A stretch of DNA of 64,000 nucleotides from an uncultured Bacteroidota bacterium (GTDB taxonomy: Bacteria > Bacteroidota > Bacteroidia > Bacteroidales > DTGW01): assembly GCA_963808135.1 (NCBI GenBank), contig CAWEFA010000027.1:66416-130415 (forward strand). The letters run 5' to 3'. Below the pieces are notes generated by a model that searched no databases, was not told the origin of the DNA, and saw only the letters and a program-made list of their open reading frames with translations. Numbering within the stretch: the first letter of the stretch is position 1; each line of letters opens with the position of its first letter. Below are positions 39,797-50,873 of the stretch, piece after piece. Made by a program: the position numbers and the translations under genes.

Positions 39797-41102
39797 ATGG
39801 GCAAATCACAGGAATTATATTTACGGGCAAAGAAAATTATTCCCGGGGGCACACAGCTTCTTTCCAAAAGGCCGGAGATGTTTTTACCGGATCAATGGCC
39901 GGCTTATTATAACAGGGCAAAGGGTTGTGAAATTTGGGATTTGGATGGGAAACATTACTACGATATGGGCCTCATGGGAGTTGGTGCAAATGTTTTAGGT
40001 TATGCTAATGATGAAGTTGACACTGCTGTAATAAAAGCTATTAAATCCGGAACAAATAGCACTTTGAATTGCCCGGAAGAAATAAAATTGGCTGAAATGC
40101 TTTGTTCAATTCATCCCTGGGCAGAGATGGTCAGGTATGCACGTACCGGCGGCGAGGCAATGACTATAGCAGTAAGAATAGCCAGGGCCAAAACCGGCAA
40201 GAGTAAAATATTATTTTGCGGGTATCATGGTTGGCATGATTGGTATTTAACGGCCAATCTTTCGGAAGATAAATTAAAACATGGCCATTTACTCCCGGGA
40301 CTTGAACCGAACGGGGTTCCTGTTGAATTGTTAAATACATCTACTACATTTCAATACAATAATACTGAAGAATTTCTTCGGAAACTTTCGGAGAATAACG
40401 ATCAAATAGCTTGTGTTGTAATGGAGTCGGTTCGTAACTTTGAACCCGAAAAGGAATTCTTAAATACGCTAAGGAATGAAACCAGGGAAACGGGGAATCA
40501 TTTTAATAATCGATGAAATAACTGCAGGGTTTCGGCTCAATATGGGAGGGGCTCATTTAAGGTACAACCTGGAACCCGACATTGCAGTTTTCGGCAAGGC
40601 TATGAGCAACGGATATCCAATGGCGGCAATTATTGGAAAACGTTTTGTAATGGAAGCGGCTCAAAATTCTTTTATCAGCAGCTTATTTTGGACAGAAAAA
40701 ATTGGGCCGGTCGCTTCAATAACAACAATTGAAATTATGCAGGATCCAAAGATTTTTCAGACAATAAAATCAAATGGTGAAAAAATTTCAAATGGGTTAA
40801 AAAAGGCAGCTGACGAAACAAATATTGAATTATCTATAACCGGCAATCCTGCCATTTTGGGTTTTTCAATACAACATCAAAATCCTTTGGTAGTAAAAAC
40901 CTACTTCATCCAGGAACTCTTAAAAAAAGAATTTATCAGTACTTTTGCATATTATTCATCAATTTCCCATACTGATGCGATTATAAATAATTATTTGGGC
41001 GAAGTAAAATCCGTGTTCAAAAAAATAAAAGAAAACTTTGATATTCTTGAGAAACTTTTAGAAGGCGCCGTTTGTCATGCAGGTTTTAAAAGATTAACGT
41101 GA
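39797..41102 (+). CDS. Class-III PLP aminotransferase (glutamate-1-semialdehyde aminomutase-like), split by one frameshift
   Basis: Built from ORFs 39797..40516 and 40476..41102. Motifs seen are GGTQLLSKRPE and GYHGWHDW. The second ORF starts RGIILIIDEITAGFR and contains FGKAMSNGYP (PLP lysine). The frames must join inside the 40476..40516 overlap, plausibly at the G3/A3 runs 40485..40490. Confidence 0.75.
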
Positions 41103-41647
41103 TGCAAATAAATGGTGAAAAAATATATTTAAAGAGGCTTAATGTCGAAGATGTTACAGCCAATTATGTAACCTGGATGTCCGACCCAGAAGTTTGCAAA
41201 TACCTGGAAAGTAAATGGCAAAGCCATACTCTGGAAAGTATCAGAAAATATGTTGATGGGCTTTCAAAAAGCCCGTCAAATTATTTGATGGGTATTTTTA
41301 ATATCACCGACAATAAACATATCGGCAATATTAAGTTGGGAAACATTCATAAAGTTCACCGTTATTGCGATTTAGGCTTGCTGATTGGCGAGAAAGAATT
41401 CTGGGGAAAAGGAATTGCAACGGAGGCAATTACTTCGGCCACAAAATATGGGTTTGAAATTTTGAACCTTCATAAAATTTTTGCAACGGTTTGGGAACCT
41501 AATGTCGGCTCTTACAAAGCTTTTATTAAAGCCGGTTATGTTGAAGTCGGTATTTTTAAAAAGCATATTTTCCTTGATGGAAAATATGTTGATGAATACA
41601 TTCTCGAAATAATTAATAATAATGAAACGCACAACAAATCCCTTTGA
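41099..41647 (+). CDS. GNAT N-acetyltransferase (RimL/PseH-like)
   Basis: 182 aa with an overlapping start. Motifs seen are LKRLNVEDVTANYVTWMSDPEV and GEKEFWGKGIATEA (acetyl-CoA loop). Confidence 0.7.
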   Translation: MMQINGEKIYLKRLNVEDVTANYVTWMSDPEVCKYLESKWQSHTLESIRKYVDGLSKSPSNYLMGIFNITDNKHIGNIKLGNIHKVHRYCDLGLLIGEKEFWGKGIATEAITSATKYGFEILNLHKIFATVWEPNVGSYKAFIKAGYVEVGIFKKHIFLDGKYVDEYILEIINNNETHNKSL

Positions 41648-42440
41648 AGTAAATTTTAAAGAAAAGTTCAGCTTAGATGGCAAAGTAATTATTATTACCG
41701 GCGCTTGCGGCCTGATAGGAAAAGCGTTTTGTGAAGCCATTGCCCAATTCGGGGCGCATGTTGTTGCAGCCGATCTTTTACAAGCCTCTCCAAAGTCATT
41801 TGCCGAAAGCTTAGAAAAAAAGCATGGAAGAAAAATGTTGGGATACGATCTCGATGTGGTTAAAAAAGGTTCCATAATTGGCCTGAAAGAAGATGTGTTG
41901 GCAAGATTTAGTAAAATAGATGGTTTGGTGAATGCACATCAAAATAAAACCAAAAATTTTTTTCAACCGTTTGAAATTTATTCTGAAGAAAATTGGGACG
42001 CTGTTGTTGAAACAAATTTAAAAGGCACATTTTTAACATGCCAGATTATTGGCGGATGGATGGCTGAACATAATGGCGGATGTATTGTGAATATTCCTTC
42101 AACTTACAGCGTTGTGGCACCGAACCAAAATCTGTACAAAGGCACCTCGCTTGGTTGCCCTGCTGCATATTCAGCTTCAAAGGGTGGAATTGATGCATTG
42201 TCCAGGTATCTTGCTTCATATTGGGCAAACAAAAACGTAAGGGTTAATATGATAACACCTCATGGAGTTTGGAATAACCATGAAGAACAATTCGAGAAAA
42301 ATTTCTCAAATTTTTCCCCAATGCAACGCATGAGTTACAACCATGAAGTTGCTGGCGCTTTAGTATATCTGCTCTCTGATGCTTCTTCGTATGTTACAGG
42401 TCATAACATGCTGGTCGAAGGCGGCTGGACAGTTTGGTAG
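41622..42440 (+). CDS. Short-chain dehydrogenase/reductase
   Basis: 272 aa with GKVIIITGACGLIGKAF (TGxxxGxG) and YSASKGG (YxxxK). Confidence 0.8.
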   Translation: MKRTTNPFEVNFKEKFSLDGKVIIITGACGLIGKAFCEAIAQFGAHVVAADLLQASPKSFAESLEKKHGRKMLGYDLDVVKKGSIIGLKEDVLARFSKIDGLVNAHQNKTKNFFQPFEIYSEENWDAVVETNLKGTFLTCQIIGGWMAEHNGGCIVNIPSTYSVVAPNQNLYKGTSLGCPAAYSASKGGIDALSRYLASYWANKNVRVNMITPHGVWNNHEEQFEKNFSNFSPMQRMSYNHEVAGALVYLLSDASSYVTGHNMLVEGGWTVW

Positions 42441-42503
42441 TTTAACAATAAGAATCAGGTAACTAAAGTTCATATTATTTCCTTATAAAAAGAAGCGACA
42501 AGA

Positions 42504-43325
42504 ATGAGAAATTTATCACAGATAAACCATCCAATTTATATTGATGAAATTACACCATCATTCATAACGCGATATTTCGAATATTCCTGGGCATCTGAAC
42601 AATTTAATAATGAAGATATTATTTTGGATATTGGTTGCAATACAGGCATGGGTTTAGATATATTATCGAAACACGTTAAAACAGTTTGGGGAACCGATGT
42701 TATTCCGGATGTCATAAATTCATTGAATGAAAAATATAAAAACAACAATAAAATAAAAGTTAAATTGGTGCCGGAAGATAATGAAATTTGTTTTAGCGAT
42801 AATTATTTTGATGGGATAGTAGCTTGTAATTTAATTGAGCATATCAATTCTCCCGATATTTTTCTTGAAAAATTAAAGAAATGCCTTAAACCAAAGGGCA
42901 GAATAATTTTTTCAACAGTAAATAGGAAATTGAGATTGTATTGGTGGCAAAAACCATATAATCCTTTTCATTACAACGAATTTTCCCACAATAGTTTAAG
43001 AAAAACTCTATTAAGGCACTTTAACAAAGTTGAGATTTTTGGAGTATTTACATCGCCTCCATTTTTCCCTGATTATATAAAACTATCGTCAACAAAAAAA
43101 TTTGATAATGGTATAAGGTATCCATTATATCATTTTTATTATAAGAATATTCGCCGGTTAATTCGCCCAATAACATCTATTCGAAAAAAGAAGTATATTA
43201 TCAACGAAACAAACAATTCGGGCATTGAGAAAAAATATACAATCAATGAAGCATTAAGTTTTATTAATATAAAAAATACGGATTTAGATAAATGCTCAGA
43301 GATATTAGCTATTGCTTATAAATAA
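42504..43325 (+). CDS. Class I SAM-dependent methyltransferase
   Basis: 273 aa with motif I ILDIGCNTGMGLD and post-I/II segments (GIVACNLIEHI, LKPKGRIIFST). Confidence 0.7.
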   Translation: MRNLSQINHPIYIDEITPSFITRYFEYSWASEQFNNEDIILDIGCNTGMGLDILSKHVKTVWGTDVIPDVINSLNEKYKNNNKIKVKLVPEDNEICFSDNYFDGIVACNLIEHINSPDIFLEKLKKCLKPKGRIIFSTVNRKLRLYWWQKPYNPFHYNEFSHNSLRKTLLRHFNKVEIFGVFTSPPFFPDYIKLSSTKKFDNGIRYPLYHFYYKNIRRLIRPITSIRKKKYIINETNNSGIEKKYTINEALSFINIKNTDLDKCSEILAIAYK

Positions 43326-43462
43326 ACGCATAATTATCTTGAAAATAATTATTCCCGTTATTACAACTTACCTTTCAACAATAGTTCTCATTCAAATCAA
43401 GCAGATTAATATTTTTAAATAAACTAATAATTCAAGGCTTTGCCAAAAAAGAATTTTAAAAA

Positions 43463-44524
43463 ATGAAAATAACACTAACAGAATTTATTAGCTCGTATAA
43501 ACCGGATATTTTAGTAAAACCATATATTATTGCTGAAGCAGGCGTTAACCATGAAGGTAAAATGGATTTTGCCAAACGTTTAATTGACGAGGCATTTGAA
43601 GGTGGGGCACAAGCAATAAAATTTCAAACATATAAAGCAGAAACAATAGCTTCTAAAAATAGCCCATCATATTGGGATATTACAAAAGAACCAACCAAAA
43701 GCCAATATGAATTGTTTAAAAAATACGATAAATTCTGGAAAAAAGAATATGAAGAATTAAAAACCTATTGCGACAAAACCGGCATTGAATTTTTATCAAC
43801 TCCATTCGATATTGAATCGGCAAAATTTTTAAACGATCTCATGCCTGTTATTAAAATATCATCTTCTGATATTACAAACCTGCCGTTTATAGAATTTCTG
43901 TGCTCTTTCGATAAGCCTGTTATTTTATCAACCGGCGCGAGTTATCTTTGGGAAATACAACAAGCAGTGGAACTCATTGAGAAAAATGGGAATCAATTAT
44001 GCCTGATGCATTGTATTTTAAATTATCCTACAATGGATGAAAATGCCAATTTAGGAATGATAAAAGATATTATAGCTCACTTTCCGCAACATGTTGCCGG
44101 ATACAGCGATCATACGCTACCCGGGAATATGGATATTTTAATTACCGCATTTTTACTTGGGGCTGCTGTTATCGAAAAACATTTTACATTCGATAAAACT
44201 TTACCGGGGAATGATCATTATCATGCAATGGACAAGAATGATTTGAAAAACTTCTGGAAAAAAATAGATTACCAATTAAATATACTTGGAGAAATTAAAA
44301 TTAATTCATTAGAAAGCGAAGAACCAGCCAGAAAAAATGCCAGGAGGTCGTTGGTAGCTTCAAGAGATATTCCGAAAGGGAAAATTATTGATCCCGCTGA
44401 TTTAACATGGAAAAGGCCTGCGTTTGGAATTTCACCGAAATTCTATAAAGAAATTATTGGTAAAAAAGTTACTAAGGATATAGAAAAAGATGAAATTATT
44501 TATTGGCAATACCTTGAAATATGA
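43463..44524 (+). CDS. NeuB/SpsE/PseI-family nonulosonate (sialic-acid-like) synthase with SAF domain
   Basis: 353 aa. Motifs seen are IIAEAGVNHEGKMDFAKRLIDEAFEGGAQAIKFQTYK, MHCILNYPT and YSDHT, plus a C-terminal SAF-like segment RRSLVASRDIPKGKII. Confidence 0.85.
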   Translation: MKITLTEFISSYKPDILVKPYIIAEAGVNHEGKMDFAKRLIDEAFEGGAQAIKFQTYKAETIASKNSPSYWDITKEPTKSQYELFKKYDKFWKKEYEELKTYCDKTGIEFLSTPFDIESAKFLNDLMPVIKISSSDITNLPFIEFLCSFDKPVILSTGASYLWEIQQAVELIEKNGNQLCLMHCILNYPTMDENANLGMIKDIIAHFPQHVAGYSDHTLPGNMDILITAFLLGAAVIEKHFTFDKTLPGNDHYHAMDKNDLKNFWKKIDYQLNILGEIKINSLESEEPARKNARRSLVASRDIPKGKIIDPADLTWKRPAFGISPKFYKEIIGKKVTKDIEKDEIIYWQYLEI

Positions 44525-45199
44525 ATCCCGAGATATCAAAGCACAATAAACGACCTTCTTAGTTTAAATGTCAGCTCGTATTGCGAACTTGGCCCGGGAG
44601 AAGGTTCTGTTGCAATAGGTTTAAAAAAAGCCGGGAAGAATGTAGTTTGCCTGGAAGCCCCGTGGGATTTTGATAAAAGGACTTCCTGGGGCAAAGAGAA
44701 CAATATTAAAATTTATAAAGGGGAATTTTTCTCAACGGATTTCTCAAAAATAATTGAAGAAGAAATCGAATGTTTTTCATTAATTCATGCTATTGCCCAC
44801 CTAAGGTTTCCGCCTCACCTGATACTTGAAAAAGCATTTAAAAAATTGAAGCCGGGAGGTTATTTTTATCTTTCTACTGTAAATGCAGGATCGCTTGACA
44901 AAGTAATAAAACTGGCTAAAGGACAAGCCATAACCGATGAAGTGAAGAAATTTGTTGAAATGGGAGAGGATTATAAAAAATACTGCAACCCTTCAGGAAA
45001 ATATATGATTTGGGATAGCTGGATGCACGTTAAAGAATACAGGGCATTTGAATTAAAAAAGATATTTGAAGAAGAGAACTTCAAAGTTATTAAGCTCTTT
45101 CACCGGAATAATTTTAAAAATTGGGAAAATGATATTATTTGTAAAATTTGGCCGCACCTCTCCGAAGAAATAATTATAGTTGGTAAAAAAAATGATTAG
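44521..45199 (+). CDS. SAM-dependent methyltransferase with an early frameshift
   Basis: The frame of ORF 44846..45199 is open back to 44525 and reads YCELGPGEGSVAIGLKKAGKNVVCLE...LKPGGYFYLSTVN (motifs I and II). It has no ATG in that frame. An ATG at 44521 (ATGA overlap with the neuB-like stop) is in the neighbouring frame and stops after 13 codons. The join lies within 44524..44560. Confidence 0.55.
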
Positions 45200-46460
45200 C
45201 GCTATTGAAAAATATTTTGATCGTTTATGGCCTATTTGCAGGAGTATTACGGGGGAAGGATTAAGGGAAACTTTGAAAATTCTACAGGAGATAATTCCTT
45301 TGAAACTTACTGAAATTCCAACCGGCGCTAAAGTCTTTGACTGGGAAATCCCTAAAGAATGGAACATTTCTGACGCTTATATAATCACGCCAGAAGGCAA
45401 GAAAATAGCAAATTTTAAAAATAATAACCTGCATGTTGTTAATTATTCTGTTCCTGTTAATGAAACTATAGAATATCCGCAATTGATACAGCACATTTAC
45501 ACATTGCCTGATTTACCTGATGCGGTTCCATATATAACATCATATTATAAGGAAAATTGGGGATTTTGTTTATCCCATAATGAATTTCTTACACTTCCTA
45601 AAGAAGGGAAATATAAAGTATTTATTGATTCAAATTTAAAAGAAGGTTCGTTAACTTATGGCGATCTTGTTCTTCCAGGCGATTCTGATAAGGAAATTCT
45701 TTTTTCAACTTATGTCTGTCATCCGAGCATGGCAAATAATGAGCTTTCAGGGCCTCTTGTAACAGCTTTTTTATATCAGAAAATCAAAGAACTGACCAAC
45801 AGAAAATATACTTACCGATTTGTTTTTGTTCCTGAAACCATTGGAGCAATTGCTTACCTTAATAAAAATGGGAATTATTTAAAAGATAAACTTGAAGCCG
45901 GATTTGTAATTACATGTTGTGGCGATAAAGGCAATTTCACTTATAAACGGTCAAAAGCTGAAGGAACCCTGGTTGATAGGGCAACAGAACATTTTTTAAA
46001 AAATACCCAAGAACATTTTAAGATTATTGATTTCAAAATAGGCGGTAGCGACGAAAGACAATATTGTTCCCCAGGTTTTAATTTGCCGGTTGGTTCGTTA
46101 ATGAGAACTATGTACAAATGTTACCCGGAATACCATACTTCATTGGATAACAAAAATTTTATTTCTTTCCCTTCGTTAATCGAAACAATTGATGCATATT
46201 TTGATATTGTCAGAATTTTCGAATTAAATGATAAGTATGTTAATAAAATTAAATATGGAGAACCTTTTTTAAGCAAACATAATTTGTATCCCACTGACAC
46301 AAATCACCAGAAAATGGCGGATTCTACTGCCATGTTATTACATTTTCTTGCCTATGCCGATGGGACTAAAGACTTAATTGAAATTGCCGAAAAGTTTAAT
46401 AGCTGTATACTTGATTTTGCCGATATAGTTGAAACCTGCAAAAAAAATAATTTAATTTAA
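45192..46460 (+). CDS. Aminopeptidase-like-domain protein (DUF4910/COG4310 type) of polysaccharide loci
   Basis: Lies within ORF 45180..46460, with the ATG at 45192. MISAIEKYFDRLWPICRSITGEGLRETLKILQEIIPL...VFDWEIPKEWNI is the pattern I associate with this family. Confidence 0.55.
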   Translation: MISAIEKYFDRLWPICRSITGEGLRETLKILQEIIPLKLTEIPTGAKVFDWEIPKEWNISDAYIITPEGKKIANFKNNNLHVVNYSVPVNETIEYPQLIQHIYTLPDLPDAVPYITSYYKENWGFCLSHNEFLTLPKEGKYKVFIDSNLKEGSLTYGDLVLPGDSDKEILFSTYVCHPSMANNELSGPLVTAFLYQKIKELTNRKYTYRFVFVPETIGAIAYLNKNGNYLKDKLEAGFVITCCGDKGNFTYKRSKAEGTLVDRATEHFLKNTQEHFKIIDFKIGGSDERQYCSPGFNLPVGSLMRTMYKCYPEYHTSLDNKNFISFPSLIETIDAYFDIVRIFELNDKYVNKIKYGEPFLSKHNLYPTDTNHQKMADSTAMLLHFLAYADGTKDLIEIAEKFNSCILDFADIVETCKKNNLI

Positions 46461-46461
46461 G

Positions 46462-47892
46462 GTGCTTAAATTTATTCTTGGAAATTCCATACTCTATACT
46501 TTTGCTAATTATTTGCCGCTTTTGGCGAATATTATTATTTTACCAATCATTACCCCATATCTTACAACATTCGATTATGGCATTTATGGTTTAGTGTTTG
46601 CATATATTTCGGGTCTGTCGTTTCTTAGCGACCTGGGATTAACTGTTTTATTCCAGAACAGTTATTTTAAAACAAATGAAAATTATAAAGAATTATGGTC
46701 GAAATACCTCGGTTTAAGGTTAATTGGCAATACAATTTATTCAATAATACTTATTGTTGTATTATATTTTTCATTAAACAATAAAGTAAATTCTGGTGTC
46801 CTGGTAGAAATATTACTTTTAATAGGAATCCCTGTATTATTTTTTGAAGTTACAAAATCAATTGGAATAAGATGGTGCCAATATTCAGGCAATCACAGGA
46901 AGGTTCATATTGCCACTTTTACCGGCGCTATTATTTCGCTCACATCGACATACTATTGTATTTACCATTTAAGGATGGGCTATTTGGGCTGGTTTGTTTC
47001 AAACTTGGTTACAAATTTTTTTCTCTTTATATATTATTCAAAAATAATTTATATCGACTTAAAAGTGATACCAAAATTTTTTCTGGATTTACCATTTGTT
47101 AAAAAAAGCCTGAAAGTATCCCTTCCTTTGGTGCCTCATTCTTTTTCCGGTTATCTGATCAATACTTCCGACAGGGTTATGCTGGATTGTTTTAAAGTAA
47201 ATATCAATTCGATTGGGAATTATAATTTAGCATATTCGTATTCTAACTATTTCCAGTCATTTAACAATTCAATGGGAACGGTGTTGACTCCTATTTATCT
47301 TAGCAGGTTAGAAAAAAAGAATGAAGACAAGTCGGTAGCTATATTAATAATAAGCTGGATGATTTTGTCCGTTTTCATAAGCTTCAATTTATGCTTATGG
47401 AGCAGGGAAATTTTTGCCTTTTTATACAGAAACGCCAGTCTTAACAGCGTTTATCCTTATTGTATATTTATTCTTATGGGTATGAACTATTTCCCGATGT
47501 ACAGCGCTGCAATACTCAAACTAATTTATCTTGAACAAACTAAAACAATTCTTCGAATATCGGTAATTGGCGGAGTAATTAATATATTATTAAACATTTT
47601 GTTAATTAATGCTTATGGAATTAAAGCTACTGTATTTAGTTCATTTATAAGTTATCTCTATATGGGTTTTAGCGGATTTTTTATTTCTTCAATCAGAAAG
47701 CATATTAGTTTTAATTATAGGCCTTTATTTTGGTTATCGCTAATTATAGTATTATCCATTTTGGTATTCTATGCAGTTAATTTATCCTTTATTCAAAAAA
47801 TTCCAATAACTCTATTTTCCTTATTATCCGTTTCAATTCTTTATTTCTCAAATAAAAAATCATTATCAGGTATTTTGAAACAAGATTCATGA
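46462..47892 (+). CDS. wzx: Wzx-type (MOP superfamily) polysaccharide flippase
   Basis: 476 aa with a GTG start and about 12-14 TM helices. The position and topology are typical for Wzx. Confidence 0.65.
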   Translation: MLKFILGNSILYTFANYLPLLANIIILPIITPYLTTFDYGIYGLVFAYISGLSFLSDLGLTVLFQNSYFKTNENYKELWSKYLGLRLIGNTIYSIILIVVLYFSLNNKVNSGVLVEILLLIGIPVLFFEVTKSIGIRWCQYSGNHRKVHIATFTGAIISLTSTYYCIYHLRMGYLGWFVSNLVTNFFLFIYYSKIIYIDLKVIPKFFLDLPFVKKSLKVSLPLVPHSFSGYLINTSDRVMLDCFKVNINSIGNYNLAYSYSNYFQSFNNSMGTVLTPIYLSRLEKKNEDKSVAILIISWMILSVFISFNLCLWSREIFAFLYRNASLNSVYPYCIFILMGMNYFPMYSAAILKLIYLEQTKTILRISVIGGVINILLNILLINAYGIKATVFSSFISYLYMGFSGFFISSIRKHISFNYRPLFWLSLIIVLSILVFYAVNLSFIQKIPITLFSLLSVSILYFSNKKSLSGILKQDS

Positions 47893-47965
47893 AAGAAAAC
47901 AACTCCGACTTTATAAGCAATGTTTATTTCAAAATAAATGATGATGTAATTTTTAATTTATTTCA

Positions 47966-49375
47966 ATGGCGTTAGATATTAAATTCACCGATTTTAAAAA
48001 TTATTTTTATTCAAAAGTAACAGACTTTTCAATTTTTAATTGCCAGGAATTTAACCTGCTCAAAGTTGTCCTTGAAGGATTGGTTGTAAATTATAACAAA
48101 TCCTCCCAAAAAGTTAGGAATTATGTGTTTTATCCATTATGGTTTTTTCAGCTTATTCTTTTAATAAAAAGATTTAAGAAAAAAAACTTAATTAAATCAT
48201 ATCAAAAAGAATTAGAACTGCAACAACAAAAAGAAAATTTGATTATCGATGTGGGGCGAATTGTGTTCGATGAAAACAACCAGCCTTTATCTACTTATTT
48301 CCATAATATCATTAATAAACTTGGCAAAGAAAACACGACCCTTATTATTGAAGAAATAATACATAAGAATGTATTTTACAATTTCTATTATAAGGACCTG
48401 GCCAAAATCTTTTATAACTCTAAGTTAACCGATGAAAACAAATTATTAAGAAAAGAACTCATAAGAGTATTTAATCTTATAAAAAGCAAAAGAATTTTCA
48501 ACTCCGGCGAAATGGAGAATATTAAAATCGCTTTTAACAATTTTTTTAATCATTACAGAATCTGGGATGTAATTATTAAAGCTTTAAAACCCCAAAAAGC
48601 ATTTTTTGTTTGTCATTATCATAAAGAGGGTTGTATATTGGCGTTGAGAAGGAATAATGTAAAAACCATCGAACTTCAGCATGGATTAATAGCCCCGCAG
48701 GATATTTTTTATTGCTTCCCGCCACAGGTAAAAAGTATAGCAAATAAGGCGCTTTTTGCTGATAAAATTTACACCTATGGAAAATACTGGAAAGAAATTT
48801 TACTAACCGGGGTTGAATATAGTGAAAAGCAGATTGAAATTTTAGGGTACTTTGTTAGCACGAATTCTGTGTTTTTTGAGAACGATAGAATATTTCTTGA
48901 TAATTTATGTTTAAATAAAAAGGTTATACTAATTACAACTCAAAATAACATTACCGGTTATTTTATTAAATATATTGAAAATATGAGTTTGAAATTGGCC
49001 CAAACAAATCCGGAATACATAATAGTCGTCAAACCACATCATGGTGAAAAATCAGAAGCTTATAAAAAACTTGAAACTGCCGGGAATGTGTTTGTTCTTA
49101 ATATTAATACAGACATCCTTTACAAATATGCGGAAATAAATATTTCGGTATACTCAACCACGCTTTTCGAAGCCTACCGGCATTCAATTACCTGCTTTGC
49201 TTTAAAGGCAGAACAATACATTGATTATGTTGCAACAATAATTAATTCAGGCATTGCATTTCCCTTGGAGTTTGATCAGAATCCTGTAGAAGAACTAAAA
49301 AAAATAAATAAAACCAGGAATTCTTTTCAAAATATTCAATTCTTTTTCAGTGATTTTAATCCTGAGCGTTTATGA
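47966..49375 (+). CDS. Uncharacterised 469-aa soluble protein (candidate novel glycosyltransferase)
   Basis: It has no TM segments. Two alpha/beta-like halves surround FFVCHYHKEGCILALRRNNVKTIELQHGLI. It sits directly after wzx and downstream of the nonulosonate module. Confidence 0.4.
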   Translation: MALDIKFTDFKNYFYSKVTDFSIFNCQEFNLLKVVLEGLVVNYNKSSQKVRNYVFYPLWFFQLILLIKRFKKKNLIKSYQKELELQQQKENLIIDVGRIVFDENNQPLSTYFHNIINKLGKENTTLIIEEIIHKNVFYNFYYKDLAKIFYNSKLTDENKLLRKELIRVFNLIKSKRIFNSGEMENIKIAFNNFFNHYRIWDVIIKALKPQKAFFVCHYHKEGCILALRRNNVKTIELQHGLIAPQDIFYCFPPQVKSIANKALFADKIYTYGKYWKEILLTGVEYSEKQIEILGYFVSTNSVFFENDRIFLDNLCLNKKVILITTQNNITGYFIKYIENMSLKLAQTNPEYIIVVKPHHGEKSEAYKKLETAGNVFVLNINTDILYKYAEINISVYSTTLFEAYRHSITCFALKAEQYIDYVATIINSGIAFPLEFDQNPVEELKKINKTRNSFQNIQFFFSDFNPERL

Positions 49376-49453
49376 ATATTTTTCTCAAATACCCGGCAGG
49401 CGTGGAGATATTGTCTGTGCCAGCTTACTTGAGTTTATAATTAAAATGATATA

Positions 49454-49497
49454 ATGACTATTTCAGCAATTATTCCCTGTTATAAACTCGAAAATTT
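49454..49497 (+). pseudogene. GT2 glycosyltransferase 5' stub (copy 1)
   Basis: MTISAIIPCYKLEN is the canonical GT2 N-terminus. After that the sequence loses all GT2 similarity. It is part of a ~65-bp repeat shared with 50852..50917. Confidence 0.6.
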
Positions 49498-49820
49498 ATT
49501 TGGGACAACATTGGTTTTTTATATTTTTTTAAAAAAATTGAATACAGCGTGTTATTGAGTAATTTAGAGTTAATTTTACAAAAAATGGGAAAAGTTTTTT
49601 CGTTAATCATTAATAACGATAAAAATCTCTTATCCGGGTATTATTCAAACTTATTTTAGAATTAATTGATATAAAACCCACATGTTAAACAAGAATAACA
49701 CAAAGAACGGATGAATAAAATCTTAGCAAACAATACAAGTAGGTTGAATGCTGAGACATGTGGGTTCTCCCGAATAATCGGGACAAGCTATCCGACCTTT
49801 GAAAATTAAATTTTATTTGG

Positions 49821-50621
49821 ATGAAAAAAATATTAAAGAAAATATTAACGATAATTTTAGGTGATTATCTTGTATTCCTAATTGCAAAGCTAAAAAGGAA
49901 ATATATTCCGAGTAAAGAGCAAAAGGAAATAATCAGAAATGAATTAGAAGAGATCAATAGAAGAAAGTTGTTTTATAGTTCTTTTGTCAAAAAAAATGAT
50001 TTGTGTTTTGATGTTGGAGCTAATATAGGAAATAGAGTTAGTCCTCTTTTGGAACTTGGGGCAAAAGTTGTAGCTGTTGAGCCACAAGAAAGTTGCTACA
50101 AGATTTTAAAATTAAAATTTGGCAAAAAGATTGAAATTGTTAAAAATGGTTTAGGGGAAAGTGAATGTATAAAAGATTTTCACATATCAAATGCTGACGT
50201 ATTATCATCTTTTTCAGAAGAATGGATTAATTCTGTTAAGGACTTTCGTTTTAAAGAGTACAATTGGGATAAGGTCATAAAAGTTGAAATGACAACTCTT
50301 GATAAACTGATTGAGAAATATGGCCTGCCAATATTTATTAAAATTGATGTTGAGGGTTACGAGTTAGATGTTTTGAAAGGTTTAACAAAACCTATAAGAA
50401 TGATTAGTTTTGAATTTACTGTTCCTGAACAAATCAATAGAATTATCGAGTGTATTGAGCAAATAGAAAAAAATGATACAAATATTGAGTGTAATTACAG
50501 TATTGGTGAAAGTATGATTTTTGCATTACCATCATGGCAATCAGTGGAAGAGATGAGAAAACATATAATTCCTGAAAGAAATTATGGATATTGGTCATGG
50601 GTTTGGAGACATTTATGTTAG
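49821..50621 (+). CDS. FkbM-family methyltransferase
   Basis: 266 aa with FDVGANIGNRVSPLLELGAKVVAVEP and IKIDVEGYELDVLKG. A neighbouring frame reads EIMDIGHGFGDIYVRIKNYH* to 50640, which looks like the usual family C-terminus. This suggests another A-run frameshift near 50570..50582 (low confidence). Confidence 0.75.
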   Translation: MKKILKKILTIILGDYLVFLIAKLKRKYIPSKEQKEIIRNELEEINRRKLFYSSFVKKNDLCFDVGANIGNRVSPLLELGAKVVAVEPQESCYKILKLKFGKKIEIVKNGLGESECIKDFHISNADVLSSFSEEWINSVKDFRFKEYNWDKVIKVEMTTLDKLIEKYGLPIFIKIDVEGYELDVLKGLTKPIRMISFEFTVPEQINRIIECIEQIEKNDTNIECNYSIGESMIFALPSWQSVEEMRKHIIPERNYGYWSWVWRHLC

Positions 50622-50873
50622 AATTAAAAACTATCACTAACAGTGGCTTATAAGAATTATATGTTAAAAGCAAGAAAAAATTAAGCTGCTTTAAAATAAA
50701 TTTTTTTTGAACGACATTCTCTTTTATTTTCTGTTATCAAAGGCAGGGTATGTTTGGGCATATTAAAAATCTATAATTGTGAATATTTCAATGAAATTAA
50801 ACAACCTCTTAGGTGTTATTGATGATTCTGAAAATTTTTTAGAGAGGTTTGGTTTATAAGTAAAATGATATAA

